Notes: generated by a model not told the origin, from the sequence alone. Counted from the first letter of the whole stretch, positions 30,556 through 41,280 are shown. The stretch: 61,679 nucleotides of DNA, filler included, from 5 parts of 5 records of this genome joined end to end with filler, not necessarily neighbours in it, one strand, 5' to 3'. Program-made: numbers and translations.

Positions 30556-33543
30556 TTAAAATCCGAAATTAAGACCAAACATGATTGTAGTAGGACGTGG
30601 AAAAATACTATCGTCAATTCCGTCAAATACCTCTGGATCCAGACCTGAATAATCAGAGATAACAAATAGGTTCTGACCTGTTAGAGTTAATCGCAGATTA
30701 GATCCTGACACTCCAGGAACTGCTCCGAAATTATAACCTATAGTCAGGTTATCTAATCTAAAGAAATCAGCATTTTCAATCCAGTGTGAAGAAAACATTC
30801 TTTGCTCATCTGTATTTAAGAAACCTGTTTCTGAAGAATTTGCTAATTTATTAGATAGGGCTCTAGTAGTTGCACTATATAAACCAACATGATTTAAACT
30901 CCCTTCCGCTATATCATTATAAAGTTGAGCCCCTAATTGGAATCTTCCACTTATTTTAAAATCCCATTTTTTATATTTTAACTGGGTATTTACTCCTATC
31001 AAATAATCAGGAGTAGTGCTTCCTCGATAAATTTTATCATCCGAGTTAATTACACCATTATTGTCCTGATCTACATATACACCTTCTAAAGGCTTTCCAG
31101 CCTCATCATATACCTGTTCATACACATAGAAAGTATTAACCGATCTACCAACTGAATTCATTTGAATAAAACTACCAGATCCCAAATCTCCTGTTGGAAC
31201 ACCGACATACGTCGGATCATCAACAGCTGTTAATTGCGTAATTTCATTTTCATTGTAGGTTAAATTAGCTCCAATTTCCCAATAAAAATCTGGTTTAGAA
31301 ATCGGTCTACCTACCAAGCTTATCTCGACTCCTCTATTTTCAAGACTACCAACATTAGAAACTATTCTATCAGAAAAGGATGTTCCTGCTGCCACTGTAA
31401 TACTATTTATTAAGTCATTGGTTTCTTTGAAGTAATAGTCTACCGAACCATTAATTCTGTTATCTAATACAGAAAAGTCAATACCAATATTTGTACTAGT
31501 AGTTTCTTCCCATTTCAATTCAGGATTAAATGCATTTGGACGATATGTATTATACCAGGTATTTCCTAAAATATATCTGGCTCCATTGTCGGATAAAGTA
31601 TAAGTTGGATATCCCGGATAATTATTTCCACTAATATCTTGTTGGCCAGTAATCCCCCATCCTAAACGAAGTTTTAAATCCGAAATGACATTTATATTCT
31701 CAATAAAACTTTCATTTTTAATTTTCCAGGCTAAAGCAACAGAAGGAAAGTTTCCCCATCGATTACCCTCAGCAAATCTAGAAGTACCATCACGTCTAAT
31801 TGTTCCGGTTATTAAATACTTATCATTAAACGAATAATTAACCCTACTGTAATAAGAGATCAAATAGTTTTCTCCAGCATCTGGTAAGTCACGATTAGGT
31901 TCAGCTCTATTATCGTAGAAATCATTTTGATAATTATACCCTTCATCTTTGAAATGTTGCCAAGAATAACCAACCATTGCATCAAATTTATGAGAGGCTA
32001 ATTCCTTAGCATATTTCAGGTATAAATCTAATACTTGATTTGTTTTCTCTTGATCGTAGATGGCTTTTTCTCCTCGTATTTCATCTGACTCATATAACCA
32101 TGAAGCATCTGGTGAAATGGAACGATCGCCGTCACTTTTTGAATAATCTACACCATAATTGGCCACAGCATTTAAGTCTGGTAAATAATGTAATTTATAA
32201 TCTAAACTAACATTCATTATATACCTTTGAACCTGAGACTCGTCTCTTTCTTGCTCCAACATGGCCAAAGGGTTATTAGGAGCAAAATCAAGAGGTACTT
32301 CATTTTCATCGACCCATTGCCAATAGCCCCCCCATTGTTCATCTCCATTGTATATTCTTTTCACCGGATGAGTTGGATCAAATCCAATGGCTGCACCAAC
32401 GGCACCTTCGTCTGCAAAACGATTATTTACAATAGTACCTTTAGCACTTACATTGGTTTTTAAATGATTTTCAAAAAACGTAGGATTTAAGTTTAAACTT
32501 AAGGAATGTCTCTCAATATTAGATGTTTTTAAAACTCCATCCTGATTGTTATACCCATAAGAGAATCGATAAGGTAAGAAATCAAGCCCTCCTTGAAAAC
32601 TTATATTATGATCTTGGCCAAAAGCCGTTTTATATATCTCATCCTGCCAGTTGGTATCTGCATCGCCCAACGCTGCATATGCATCACTTGATGTTCCGTA
32701 TAACTCCTCAACAACCTTCTTGTATTCTTCGGCATTATATACATCAACCTTATCACTCACCATACTTACAGAATATTTACCCGAATAAGTAATAGATAAT
32801 GGTTGTCCTTTAGAACCTTTCTTGGTTGTAATGATTATTACTCCATTTGAGGCTCTCGAACCATAGATAGCAGTAGCTGAAGCATCCTTAAGTACCGTAA
32901 AAGTTTCAATATCATCTGGATTAATGGTTGCCAATGGATTATCAATTCCATCAATTCCATCTGATGATATAGGTACTCCATCAATTACAAATAAAGGATC
33001 ATTAGTAGCTGACAAAGATGCTCCACCTCTAATTCGGATGGTTGATCCTGCCCCTGGTGCACCTCCAGAAGAAGTAATTTGAACTCCTGATGTTTTACCA
33101 ACTAACAGATCCTGTGGAGAAGAAATAGCTCCTTGATTAAAGTCATCTGAAGAAAGAGCAACCACCGATCCGGTAGCATCGTCTTTTTTAACAGCCCCAT
33201 ACCCTATTACTACAACCTCATCTACACCAACTACATCAGGCTCTAGCTGTATATTAAAACTTGTTTGATCTCCAACGATTACTTCCTGTGTTAAATATCC
33301 TATGTAAGAAAATAATAGAATATCACCTTTATTAACCTGAAGTGAAAATGTACCATCAGGTGTAGTTATGGTACCAATTGTTGTTCCTTTTAACACAACA
33401 GTAACGCCGGGTAGAACATCTCCTGAACTAGCGTCCTTCACAACGCCGGACACAGTCCCTTGCTGCGCAAATGCCAAGTTTGTTATAAACAACAAACCTG
33501 CGAGTAGCATAGTGACTTTGTTAATTCGAAATGATTTAAACAT
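30556..33543 (-). CDS. susC: SusC-family TonB-dependent transporter
   Basis: EVVVIGYG, IRIRGG, LKDASATAIYGSRASNGVIIITTKKG, LKWEET, terminal F. Confidence 0.97.
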   Translation of the reverse strand: MFKSFRINKVTMLLAGLLFITNLAFAQQGTVSGVVKDASSGDVLPGVTVVLKGTTIGTITTPDGTFSLQVNKGDILLFSYIGYLTQEVIVGDQTSFNIQLEPDVVGVDEVVVIGYGAVKKDDATGSVVALSSDDFNQGAISSPQDLLVGKTSGVQITSSGGAPGAGSTIRIRGGASLSATNDPLFVIDGVPISSDGIDGIDNPLATINPDDIETFTVLKDASATAIYGSRASNGVIIITTKKGSKGQPLSITYSGKYSVSMVSDKVDVYNAEEYKKVVEELYGTSSDAYAALGDADTNWQDEIYKTAFGQDHNISFQGGLDFLPYRFSYGYNNQDGVLKTSNIERHSLSLNLNPTFFENHLKTNVSAKGTIVNNRFADEGAVGAAIGFDPTHPVKRIYNGDEQWGGYWQWVDENEVPLDFAPNNPLAMLEQERDESQVQRYIMNVSLDYKLHYLPDLNAVANYGVDYSKSDGDRSISPDASWLYESDEIRGEKAIYDQEKTNQVLDLYLKYAKELASHKFDAMVGYSWQHFKDEGYNYQNDFYDNRAEPNRDLPDAGENYLISYYSRVNYSFNDKYLITGTIRRDGTSRFAEGNRWGNFPSVALAWKIKNESFIENINVISDLKLRLGWGITGQQDISGNNYPGYPTYTLSDNGARYILGNTWYNTYRPNAFNPELKWEETTSTNIGIDFSVLDNRINGSVDYYFKETNDLINSITVAAGTSFSDRIVSNVGSLENRGVEISLVGRPISKPDFYWEIGANLTYNENEITQLTAVDDPTYVGVPTGDLGSGSFIQMNSVGRSVNTFYVYEQVYDEAGKPLEGVYVDQDNNGVINSDDKIYRGSTTPDYLIGVNTQLKYKKWDFKISGRFQLGAQLYNDIAEGSLNHVGLYSATTRALSNKLANSSETGFLNTDEQRMFSSHWIENADFFRLDNLTIGYNFGAVPGVSGSNLRLTLTGQNLFVISDYSGLDPEVFDGIDDSIFPRPTTIMFGLNFGF

Positions 33544-33674
33544 AAACTAAAGATTTAACAGTTAAAAAACTTGTTTAATTTTCTTAAATAAACTGATTTT
33601 AAATTGTGGACTTTTTTAATTAAAGGTTACTAAACACCATAAATAGCAACTACTCTAACTCATTTTGGACATTA

Positions 33675-33682
33675 CAAAGCTA
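33675..33682 (-). promoter_or_regulatory. Bacteroidota -7 promoter element for the susC operon
   Basis: TAGCTTTG on the minus strand, about 130 nt upstream of susC. Confidence 0.45.
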
Positions 33683-33747
33683 CAACAAAGCTCTATTGAA
33701 TTTACACATTTATTAACATAGACATCTTATTTTTTGACATTTTTTAA

Positions 33748-33784
33748 CGCAAACGTTTGCGGTGGCGTTTGCGATGTCGTTTGC
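33748..33784. promoter_or_regulatory. LacI-type operator with extra half-sites
   Basis: Perfect palindrome CGCAAACGTTTGCG (33748-33761); CGTTTGC recurs at 33754, 33766 and 33778. Confidence 0.75.
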
Positions 33785-33982
33785 AAAACAAACATATGTT
33801 GTACAACATGTTTTGAACATTTTATATGTTTGTTTAAATAGTGATATATCTCATATTATTTGGCTATTACAGAGCAAATGACACTGTTGAATCAGGAGAA
33901 ATATCAAGAAATTATACTATTATTGTATTAATTATTTCATAGCTTTCTATCGAAGCATACATTATAAATGTGTAATAACTAA

Positions 33983-35005
33983 ATGGCACACCAGGTAACT
34001 ATAAAAGACATTGCAAAAATTCTAGGCATATCTCCCTCTACTGTTTCAAGAGCATTAAAAGATCACCCGGATATCAGCCCCAAAACGAAGAAAATGGTTC
34101 AGGCTTTTGCCGAGAAAGTACAATATCGTCCGAATGCTTTAGCGCTAAATTTGAGAAGAAGTAAAACAAATACCATAGGTATTATATTACCTGAGATCGT
34201 CCATCACTTTTTCTCTTCGGTATTGGCAGGAATCGATAAAGTAGCTTATGCTGCCGGTTATAATGTAATGATATGTCAAAGCAACGAAGATTTTAACAGG
34301 GAGGTAAGTGATGCACAAGCTTTATTAGATAACAGAGTGGATGGAATATTAATGTCATTAAGTAAAACAACGCACGATCTTGATCACATTCATAATTTAA
34401 TTGATCATGGAATTCCTGTTGTTTTTTTCGATAGAGCACCGGCATCCATTGAAGCTGATAAGGTAATAATTGATGATTTTAAAGGTGCAAAAATTGCGAC
34501 ACATCACTTAATATCTATAGGTTGCAAAAATATATTGCACTTAGCAGCTCCTCAGCACCTTACTATTGGGCAAAGAAGAAAAGAGGGATACCAGCAAGCC
34601 CTTAATGAAGTGGGGATGCCGTTTAATCCGGAATATGTTATTAAATGTGACACGAGAGATGATGTGTATGCCAATGCCGGTAAGATTTTGCAACTTGCGA
34701 ATGAAATAGATGGTATTTTTGCAGTCAATGACTCTACTGCTATTGCTGCCATGCAGGTATTAATGAAAAATGGCATCAAAGTTCCGGATCATATTTCTGT
34801 TATTGGTTTTGGAGATGGCCCTAATGCCAATATAGCCTACCCGCCATTATCTACGGTAGAGCAAAAAGGCATAGAAATGGGGAAAGAAGCCATCCAGCTT
34901 TTGATCAACCAAATAGAAAATGAAGGTGAATTACACACTTTTCAAACGAAGACACTTACACCTGTATTGAGAATAAGAGAATCTACATCAAAAACCATTG
35001 ATTAA
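33983..35005 (+). CDS. LacI-family transcriptional regulator of the maltose/starch locus
   Basis: VTIKDIAKILGISPSTVSRAL, YRPN, VPDHISVIGF, LSTVEQ, IREST. Confidence 0.95.
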   Translation: MAHQVTIKDIAKILGISPSTVSRALKDHPDISPKTKKMVQAFAEKVQYRPNALALNLRRSKTNTIGIILPEIVHHFFSSVLAGIDKVAYAAGYNVMICQSNEDFNREVSDAQALLDNRVDGILMSLSKTTHDLDHIHNLIDHGIPVVFFDRAPASIEADKVIIDDFKGAKIATHHLISIGCKNILHLAAPQHLTIGQRRKEGYQQALNEVGMPFNPEYVIKCDTRDDVYANAGKILQLANEIDGIFAVNDSTAIAAMQVLMKNGIKVPDHISVIGFGDGPNANIAYPPLSTVEQKGIEMGKEAIQLLINQIENEGELHTFQTKTLTPVLRIRESTSKTID

Positions 35006-35009
35006 ACTG

Positions 35010-35098
35010 CATATTGCAACCGTTTGCAGAAACAGCCTTTAAAAAAATTTCATTTATTTTCTTGATAAAAAACATTTTTCGCAAACGGTTGCAATATG
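35010..35098. promoter_or_regulatory. Two LacI-type operators forming an 18-bp inverted repeat
   Basis: CATATTGCAACCGTTTGC (35010-35027) and its exact reverse complement GCAAACGGTTGCAATATG (35081-35098). Confidence 0.7.
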
Positions 35099-35364
35099 AC
35101 ATTCTCAACATATCACAATCACAATCACATCATTACATCCACGTTTAGATTAGGCTAATACCAATTTTATGCTTTATCTTTGACCTGATTTTAAATCATT
35201 GGACACGATTTAATTAAGATTAATTAACACCATGCATATTTCTATTCAGAAATTTGCTAACTAATTTACCTCCTTGGACAGAAATCCAGGTTATTAATAT
35301 CACTTAACCTGAACAAAACTCATGTATTGAGTTTTCTATTTTAGTCATGTAATACAATTTGTTT

Positions 35365-36759
35365 ATGAAGAAGATGCCCCGATTATCCTTTTGGCAGATC
35401 TGGAATTTGAGTTTTGGCTTTCTTGGAATTCAGATGGGATTTGCCTTACAAAGTGCAAATGTTAGTCGTATTCTTTCCAACCTTGGTGCCGATTTACATT
35501 CACTCCCTTTATTTTGGATTGCAGCTCCAGCCATGGGATTAATTGTTCAACCAATTGTTGGATCTGCCAGTGACAGAACCTGGAATAAACTAGGAAGAAG
35601 AAGTCCTTACATTTTAGGAGGAGCTGTTATTGCAGCATTAGCCATGTTTATGATGCCTAATGCATCCATAGTTGTATCTATTATGCCTGTATTGGTTTTT
35701 GGATTATTTATGTTTGCCCTGATGGATGGTTCTTTTAATATTACTATGCAGCCTTTTAGAGCATTAGTTGCTGATATGACACCTCCTGAGCAAAGAAACA
35801 TTGGATACTCTACACAGAGCTTTTTAATAAATGCTGGAGCAGTTCTTGGTTCAATTCTTCCTTTTGTTTTAACCAATTCATTAAATATCACTAATGTGGC
35901 AGATGAAGGACAAGTTTCGCCATCGGTAATCTGGTCTTTTTATATTGGAGGTAGTGTGCTTTTACTGTCAGTAATCTGGACTGTTATAAAAACCAAAGAA
36001 TATCCACCTGACGAATACGCTGCATATAAAGGTATTGAAGCTGAAAAGGAAGTCGATCCACAATTTAAAGGTTTGGCAGGATTCTTTCGACTATTGAAAA
36101 GCACTCCAAAAACCATGATACAACTGGCTATTGTGCAATTTTTCAGTTGGTTTGCACTTTATCTAATGTGGGTTTATACGACTGCAGCAGTATCTCAACA
36201 TGTTTGGGGATGTGAAGTTGGAGACAGTACATCACAGGCAGCACAGGATGCAGGAGACTGGGTTGGAATTTTGTTCGCGGCCTTAAGTATTTTTGCGGCT
36301 ATTTTTTCCGTCTTTATGGGTAAGTTAGCCAACAAAATAGGTCGTAAAACAGTTTATTCCTTATCTCTGCTATTAGGCGGCATTGGTTATTTAAGTGCAT
36401 TCTTAATTAAGGGTGGAGAAATTATACATTTAAATCTTCTGATAACTCAAGTTGACGTACCAACAAGTGCCACTATGTGGATTTTGCCAATGTTTGGTAT
36501 CGGAATTGCTTGGGCAGGTATTTTAGCCATGCCATATGCTATTCTTTCGGAGTCAATTCCAGCTGATAAAATGGGTGTATTTATGGGCGTATTTAATTTC
36601 ACCATTGCAGGACCACAAATTTTAAGCGGTTTAGTTTCTCCATTTATTATGAAAGCATTTAAAGGAGAAGCTATTTACATGATTGTAATAGCAGGAATAA
36701 GTATGATACTGGCAGCTATTTCTGTAACATTTGTGAAGCAAAAAAAAGAGGCCAATTAA
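35365..36759 (+). CDS. MFS sugar (maltose-type) transporter
   Basis: LSFWQIWNLSFGFLGIQ, QPIVG..SDRTW..LGRR.PY, QFFSWFAL; multi-pass TM; upstream TATCTTTG at 35175-35182. Confidence 0.92.
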   Translation: MKKMPRLSFWQIWNLSFGFLGIQMGFALQSANVSRILSNLGADLHSLPLFWIAAPAMGLIVQPIVGSASDRTWNKLGRRSPYILGGAVIAALAMFMMPNASIVVSIMPVLVFGLFMFALMDGSFNITMQPFRALVADMTPPEQRNIGYSTQSFLINAGAVLGSILPFVLTNSLNITNVADEGQVSPSVIWSFYIGGSVLLLSVIWTVIKTKEYPPDEYAAYKGIEAEKEVDPQFKGLAGFFRLLKSTPKTMIQLAIVQFFSWFALYLMWVYTTAAVSQHVWGCEVGDSTSQAAQDAGDWVGILFAALSIFAAIFSVFMGKLANKIGRKTVYSLSLLLGGIGYLSAFLIKGGEIIHLNLLITQVDVPTSATMWILPMFGIGIAWAGILAMPYAILSESIPADKMGVFMGVFNFTIAGPQILSGLVSPFIMKAFKGEAIYMIVIAGISMILAAISVTFVKQKKEAN

Positions 36760-36784
36760 TTTTTAATTTTTAAATGAGACGAAG

Positions 36785-37441
36785 ATGGAAAAAATAAAAG
36801 CTTGTCTTTTTGATTTAGATGGGGTTATAGTAGATACAGCCAAATATCATTATATAGCATGGAAAGAATTAGCTAACGAAATGGGCTTTGATTTTACTCC
36901 TGAAGATAACGAACGATTAAAGGGTGTAAGCAGAATGACTTCGTTAGATATTCTTTTATCCATTGGACAAATAGAAAAATCAGAAGCTGAAAAAGAAGCT
37001 TTAGCCACGAAGAAAAACGAGAACTATCGTTCATATATTCTAAAAATGGGACCGGAGGAGATATTACCTGGAACCAAAGATTTTTTAGATCAACTTAAAA
37101 AGGAAGGTATTAAAATAGCACTTGGTTCTGCCAGTAAAAATGCCATGACCATTTTAGAACGTCTTGAATTAACATCATACTTTGATGCTATTATTGATGG
37201 AACAAATGTAGCCAAGGCAAAACCCGATCCGGAAGTATTTTTAAAAGGAGCAGAAGCATTAGGCGTACAGCCGGAAGACTGTGTCGTTTTTGAAGATGCC
37301 GAAGCCGGAGTTGAAGCAGCGCTGGCCGGCGGTATGAAATGCATAGGTATTGGCAGCGAAGACGTATTAGGTAAAGCTCATTTTGTCATAAGTGGTCTTC
37401 ACAAAATGAATTTGCAAAAGCTTAACCTACTTAACGACTAA
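36785..37441 (+). CDS. pgmB: Beta-phosphoglucomutase
   Basis: HAD motifs FDLDGVIVDTA, LKGVSR, SASKNA, KPDPEVF, FEDA. Confidence 0.95.
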   Translation: MEKIKACLFDLDGVIVDTAKYHYIAWKELANEMGFDFTPEDNERLKGVSRMTSLDILLSIGQIEKSEAEKEALATKKNENYRSYILKMGPEEILPGTKDFLDQLKKEGIKIALGSASKNAMTILERLELTSYFDAIIDGTNVAKAKPDPEVFLKGAEALGVQPEDCVVFEDAEAGVEAALAGGMKCIGIGSEDVLGKAHFVISGLHKMNLQKLNLLND

Positions 37442-37470
37442 ATTATTTGTAATCAAGAAAAAGCAGAGAA

Positions 37471-38739
37471 ATGAAAAAATATCTTAAAAATGATGAGTGG
37501 TGTGTCATCGAAGAGGGATTTGATCCTAACAACCACCAGGCTTCTGAGAGTATTTTTAGCATAGGAAATGGTAAAATGGGGCAAAGAGCAAATTTCGAAG
37601 AAAGCTATTCTGGCCCAAGTTTACAAGGTAGTTATGTGGCTGGCGTTTATTACCCGGACAAAACAAGAGTGGGATGGTGGAAAAATGGATACCCGGAATA
37701 CTTTGCCAAAGTACTTAACTCCCCAAACTGGATAGGAATTAATGTACATGTTGATGGAGAAGAGCTTGATGTTTTTTTGTGTAAAGTAGAAGGCTTTGTG
37801 CGTACCCTGAATATGAAAGAAGGATACCTGGAGAGAGAGTTTAAAGCTACTTTAAAAAATAATAAACAGATTCACGTAAAATCACGTCGTTTTGTGAGTA
37901 TGGCGGATACCGAAAATGGAGCCATACAATACGAAGTAACGCCTTTAAACTTTAGTGGACATATTTCATTTACTCCTTATATTGATGGGGACATTGAAAA
38001 TGAAGACTCCAACTATGATGAAAAATTTTGGAATGTATTAGATGTATATGCTGGAGAAGGTTCTGCTTACCTCGAATCCCAAACTAAAAAATCTGATTTC
38101 CGATGTGGTTTCGCTATGAAATATCATATTTTATTGGATGAGAAACCTATTCACCTGGAACCTGAAGTAATTAAATTGGCGAAATGGGTAGGAAACAAGG
38201 TTGAACTTGAAGTTAAAGAAGGCCAAAAAGCGACAATTGAAAAGTATGTTGGTGTAACCTCTTCTTTAAACTACAATACCAATGAATTAAAGTCCAATGC
38301 GGAAGAGCTGGCTTCTTATGCGGCACACAAAGGGTTTTCCAAACTTTTTGCCGATCATCAACAAAAATGGGCTGACAAATGGGTACATAGCGATATAAAA
38401 ATCAAAGGGGATGTTGCTGCTCAGCAAGGTATTAGATTCAATATTTTTCATTTAAATCAAACCTACACCGGAGAAGATGAAAGACTTAATGTTGGTCCGA
38501 AAGGTTTTACCGGAGAAAAGTATGGAGGTACTACTTACTGGGATACCGAAGCTTATTGCATTCCGTTCTTTTTAATGACTTCACCTTCTGAAGTAACCCG
38601 ACAATTATTAATTTACCGTTACAAACATCTGCCTAAAGCCATTGAGAATGCAGAAAAATTAGGTTTCAAAAACGGGGCTGCCCTTTATCCAATGGTTACA
38701 GCCAATGGAGAAGAGTGTCATAATGAGTGGGAAATTACT
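37471..38739 (+). CDS. Maltose phosphorylase-like GH65, 3'-truncated
   Basis: SESIFSIGNG, GPKGFTGEKYGG.TYWDTE, ECHNEWEIT; next to pgmB. Confidence 0.92.
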
Positions 38740-38839
38740 NNNNNNNNNNNNNNNNNNNNNNNNNNNNNNNNNNNNNNNNNNNNTTAATTAATTAANNNNN
38801 NNNNNNNNNNNNNNNNNNNNNNNNNNNNNNNNNNNNNNN
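38740..38839. other. Artificial contig linker
   Basis: N44-TTAATTAATTAA-N44. Confidence 0.98.
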
Positions 38840-39720
38840 GCATACATAGGAACAGCCAGCAGTACGGCCAGCGGAACTGCATACCATTTATCCGCCGATA
38901 AAAATTCAGTAAAAAAATCTTCAGGAACATAGCCATGCATAGCAGCACCAATGGCTATACCTATAATTACATACAGCAACACCTTTCGTACTATTCCCCA
39001 TCCATCGTTTATAATTACAGGAAGCCGATCGATAAACGGTGTTTTATCACTCTCCCACCTGGCATTTTCGTTTGTTGAGTTTTGTTGAATCTCGCGTACC
39101 CAATCGCTTAAATAATTATCAAGTTTAAGTTTTCCAAGAATATAGCCGCCCACCATTCCAAGCAATATCCCGCTTCCGGCATAAATTAAAGTCGCTTTTA
39201 TTCCAAAAAGCCCAAGGAACATTGCAACAGCAACTTCGTTTACCAAAGGAGAGGTAATCAGGTAAGCAAAAGTTACTCCCAAGGGTATTCCTCCCTGAAC
39301 AAATCCAATGAACAGCGGTATTGAAGAACACGAACAAAAAGGTGTTACGGCACCAAAAAACGAGGCGAAAAAATATTGAAGCCCATACATTTTTTTTGTG
39401 GTTAAATAAACCCGCAAACGTTCCACCGGGAAATATGCATTTACTGCTCCCATTAACGAGCTAATCAAAAAAAGCAGAATCAAGATCTTTACAGTATCAT
39501 AAATAAAAAAGTTTATGGCTTCTCCCAGGTGTGAGTCAGGATTTAATGCAACCAAATTGAAAGTCAGGAAATCAACCAATCCCGGCAGGTAATAATAAAG
39601 CAACAACATAGCAGGCAAGACTAATACTATGGATGCTATCAATGCTACCCTCCTTTTCTTCAACGCTTTTATTTCTTTTCCTTCTTTCTCTAATGCAACT
39701 TTGTATGTTTCCATAATCAC
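38840..39720 (-). CDS. arsP: ArsP-family permease, 3'-truncated
   Basis: FFIYDTVKI, GAVTPFCSCSSIPLFIGF, SPLVNE, HGYVP, AVPMY. Confidence 0.88.
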
Positions 39721-39723
39721 TAA

Positions 39724-39747
39724 TTCGTCTTTCGCAGAACAACGAAC
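39724..39747. promoter_or_regulatory. Putative ArsR operator copy (before arsP)
   Basis: TTCGT-CTT-TCGCA-GAACA-ACGAAC. Confidence 0.65.
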
Positions 39748-39838
39748 ATCATTTTTATTTTTTTTTGTGGACCTAATTTCCTCTTTCTTTATCTGAGGTT
39801 TCTATTTCCCCGAACTTCACTTCGTTCTGTCGCAAACA

Positions 39839-40537
39839 CTACAGGAACATCACCACACAATAATAAACTCCAACACCAATAAACAGAACAGCCACTACCC
39901 TTCTAAACCAAATTTCAAACGATTTTAACCGATTGTATAATGTTCCTATTGAGCCAACACTAAAAGCGATTAACCAGGCAAAAATAATGACCGGAATACC
40001 TGTAGCCAACGCAAATACCATTGGCAAATAAAGTCCTTCAGCACTGCTTATAGTCATTGGGATTAACATGCCAAAGTACAATACCCCGCTATACGGACAA
40101 AAAGCCAGTGCAAATACGATTCCGAGCAATAGAACTCCCCAAAAGCCCGAGTTCGATTTATTTTCCATTTTCTCGGTAAGTGAACCAATACCCGGAATAG
40201 TCAATTTTAAAATGCCCAACATAAATAAGCCAATTATGATTAGAAGCGGCCCAATAATCTTTTCTCCCCAGGTTTGTATAAAACTGGAAAACTCGAACTG
40301 GCTGGCACCAAAGAAAAATAATAATCCAATTACGGTGTATGCAATTCCGCGTCCCAGGGTATAAACCAATCCGCTAACAAAAACCCGATGTTTACTTTCA
40401 ATATCTTTACTTATAAATCCAATGGCTGTAATGTTCGTTGCCAGTGGACAAGGACTAACTGCAGTCATTAGCCCAAGTATAAATGCCGACAATATTGGAA
40501 GTTGTGAATTTTCAAATAAATTCTGAAGTAACTCCAT
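39839..40537 (-). CDS. arsG: ArsG-family (DsbD/CcdA-like) membrane protein
   Basis: LGLMTAVSPCPLATNI, FALAFCPYSG, FALATGIPV; ars context. Confidence 0.8.
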   Translation of the reverse strand: MELLQNLFENSQLPILSAFILGLMTAVSPCPLATNITAIGFISKDIESKHRVFVSGLVYTLGRGIAYTVIGLLFFFGASQFEFSSFIQTWGEKIIGPLLIIIGLFMLGILKLTIPGIGSLTEKMENKSNSGFWGVLLLGIVFALAFCPYSGVLYFGMLIPMTISSAEGLYLPMVFALATGIPVIIFAWLIAFSVGSIGTLYNRLKSFEIWFRRVVAVLFIGVGVYYCVVMFL

Positions 40538-40543
40538 GTCTGA

Positions 40544-40984
40544 TTATAACATCGTATCCAATGTGTCCTTTAATTTCTTTTCCAGTTTTTCAGGTTTATT
40601 TCGGGCATACATAAATGCCGGACTGGTTAAATCAACAGTTTTGTCGCCTTTTACCAATATTAAGGTTTGTCCGCTAACCTTGTATTTTTCAACCAACGCT
40701 TTGTTTTCCTTTTCTTCGCGATTCAATGATAAAAATTCAACTTTTCCAGTATAGTTATTTTCAATGGTTTCTTTTACCACCTTTTCTACAGCGTTGCATG
40801 TTGCACAGCGGTGAGTTGCATGAAAATAATAAGCTTTTACACCGGTAGTAGTTTGTTTTGTATCGCAACAGCTTTTAGTAATCGAAGCTTCTGCGGTTTG
40901 TTTTTTTGAACTGCAACATTGTGCCGATGCGGTGTAAACACCGGCAATAAAAACAATGGATAAGATTGTTAGTAGTTTTTTCAT
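40544..40984 (-). CDS. arsF: ArsF-family exported thioredoxin-like protein
   Basis: Signal peptide, YYFHATHRCATC, GQTLIL; two extra CC pairs near the N-terminus. Confidence 0.75.
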   Translation of the reverse strand: MKKLLTILSIVFIAGVYTASAQCCSSKKQTAEASITKSCCDTKQTTTGVKAYYFHATHRCATCNAVEKVVKETIENNYTGKVEFLSLNREEKENKALVEKYKVSGQTLILVKGDKTVDLTSPAFMYARNKPEKLEKKLKDTLDTML

Positions 40985-41028
40985 GATTTTTATTTTTAAA
41001 GTCTTTGCTATTAATTTTTGCTTGTTTT

Positions 41029-41262
41029 CTACTTTTCCAGAATGCCTTTCAATTCCTTTGTCGACGGAAGTTTCCCCTTTAAAACAACCTCTCCATCAAT
41101 CACTAATGCCGGTGTTGTCATTACTCCAAACTGCATGATCTTGTATATATCCTCCACTTTCTCAATGTTTGCTTCAATTCCCATTTCAGATGCAACTTCC
41201 CTGGTCATTTGTTCCAATTTCTTGCATTTTGTACAGCCTGTTCCTAAAACTTTAATGTCCAT
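41029..41262 (-). CDS. MTH895/ArsE-family small thioredoxin-like protein
   Basis: IKVLGTGCTKC, GVMTTPALVIDG. Confidence 0.88.
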   Translation of the reverse strand: MDIKVLGTGCTKCKKLEQMTREVASEMGIEANIEKVEDIYKIMQFGVMTTPALVIDGEVVLKGKLPSTKELKGILEK

Positions 41263-41280
41263 TTCATTTTTGTTTTATTG

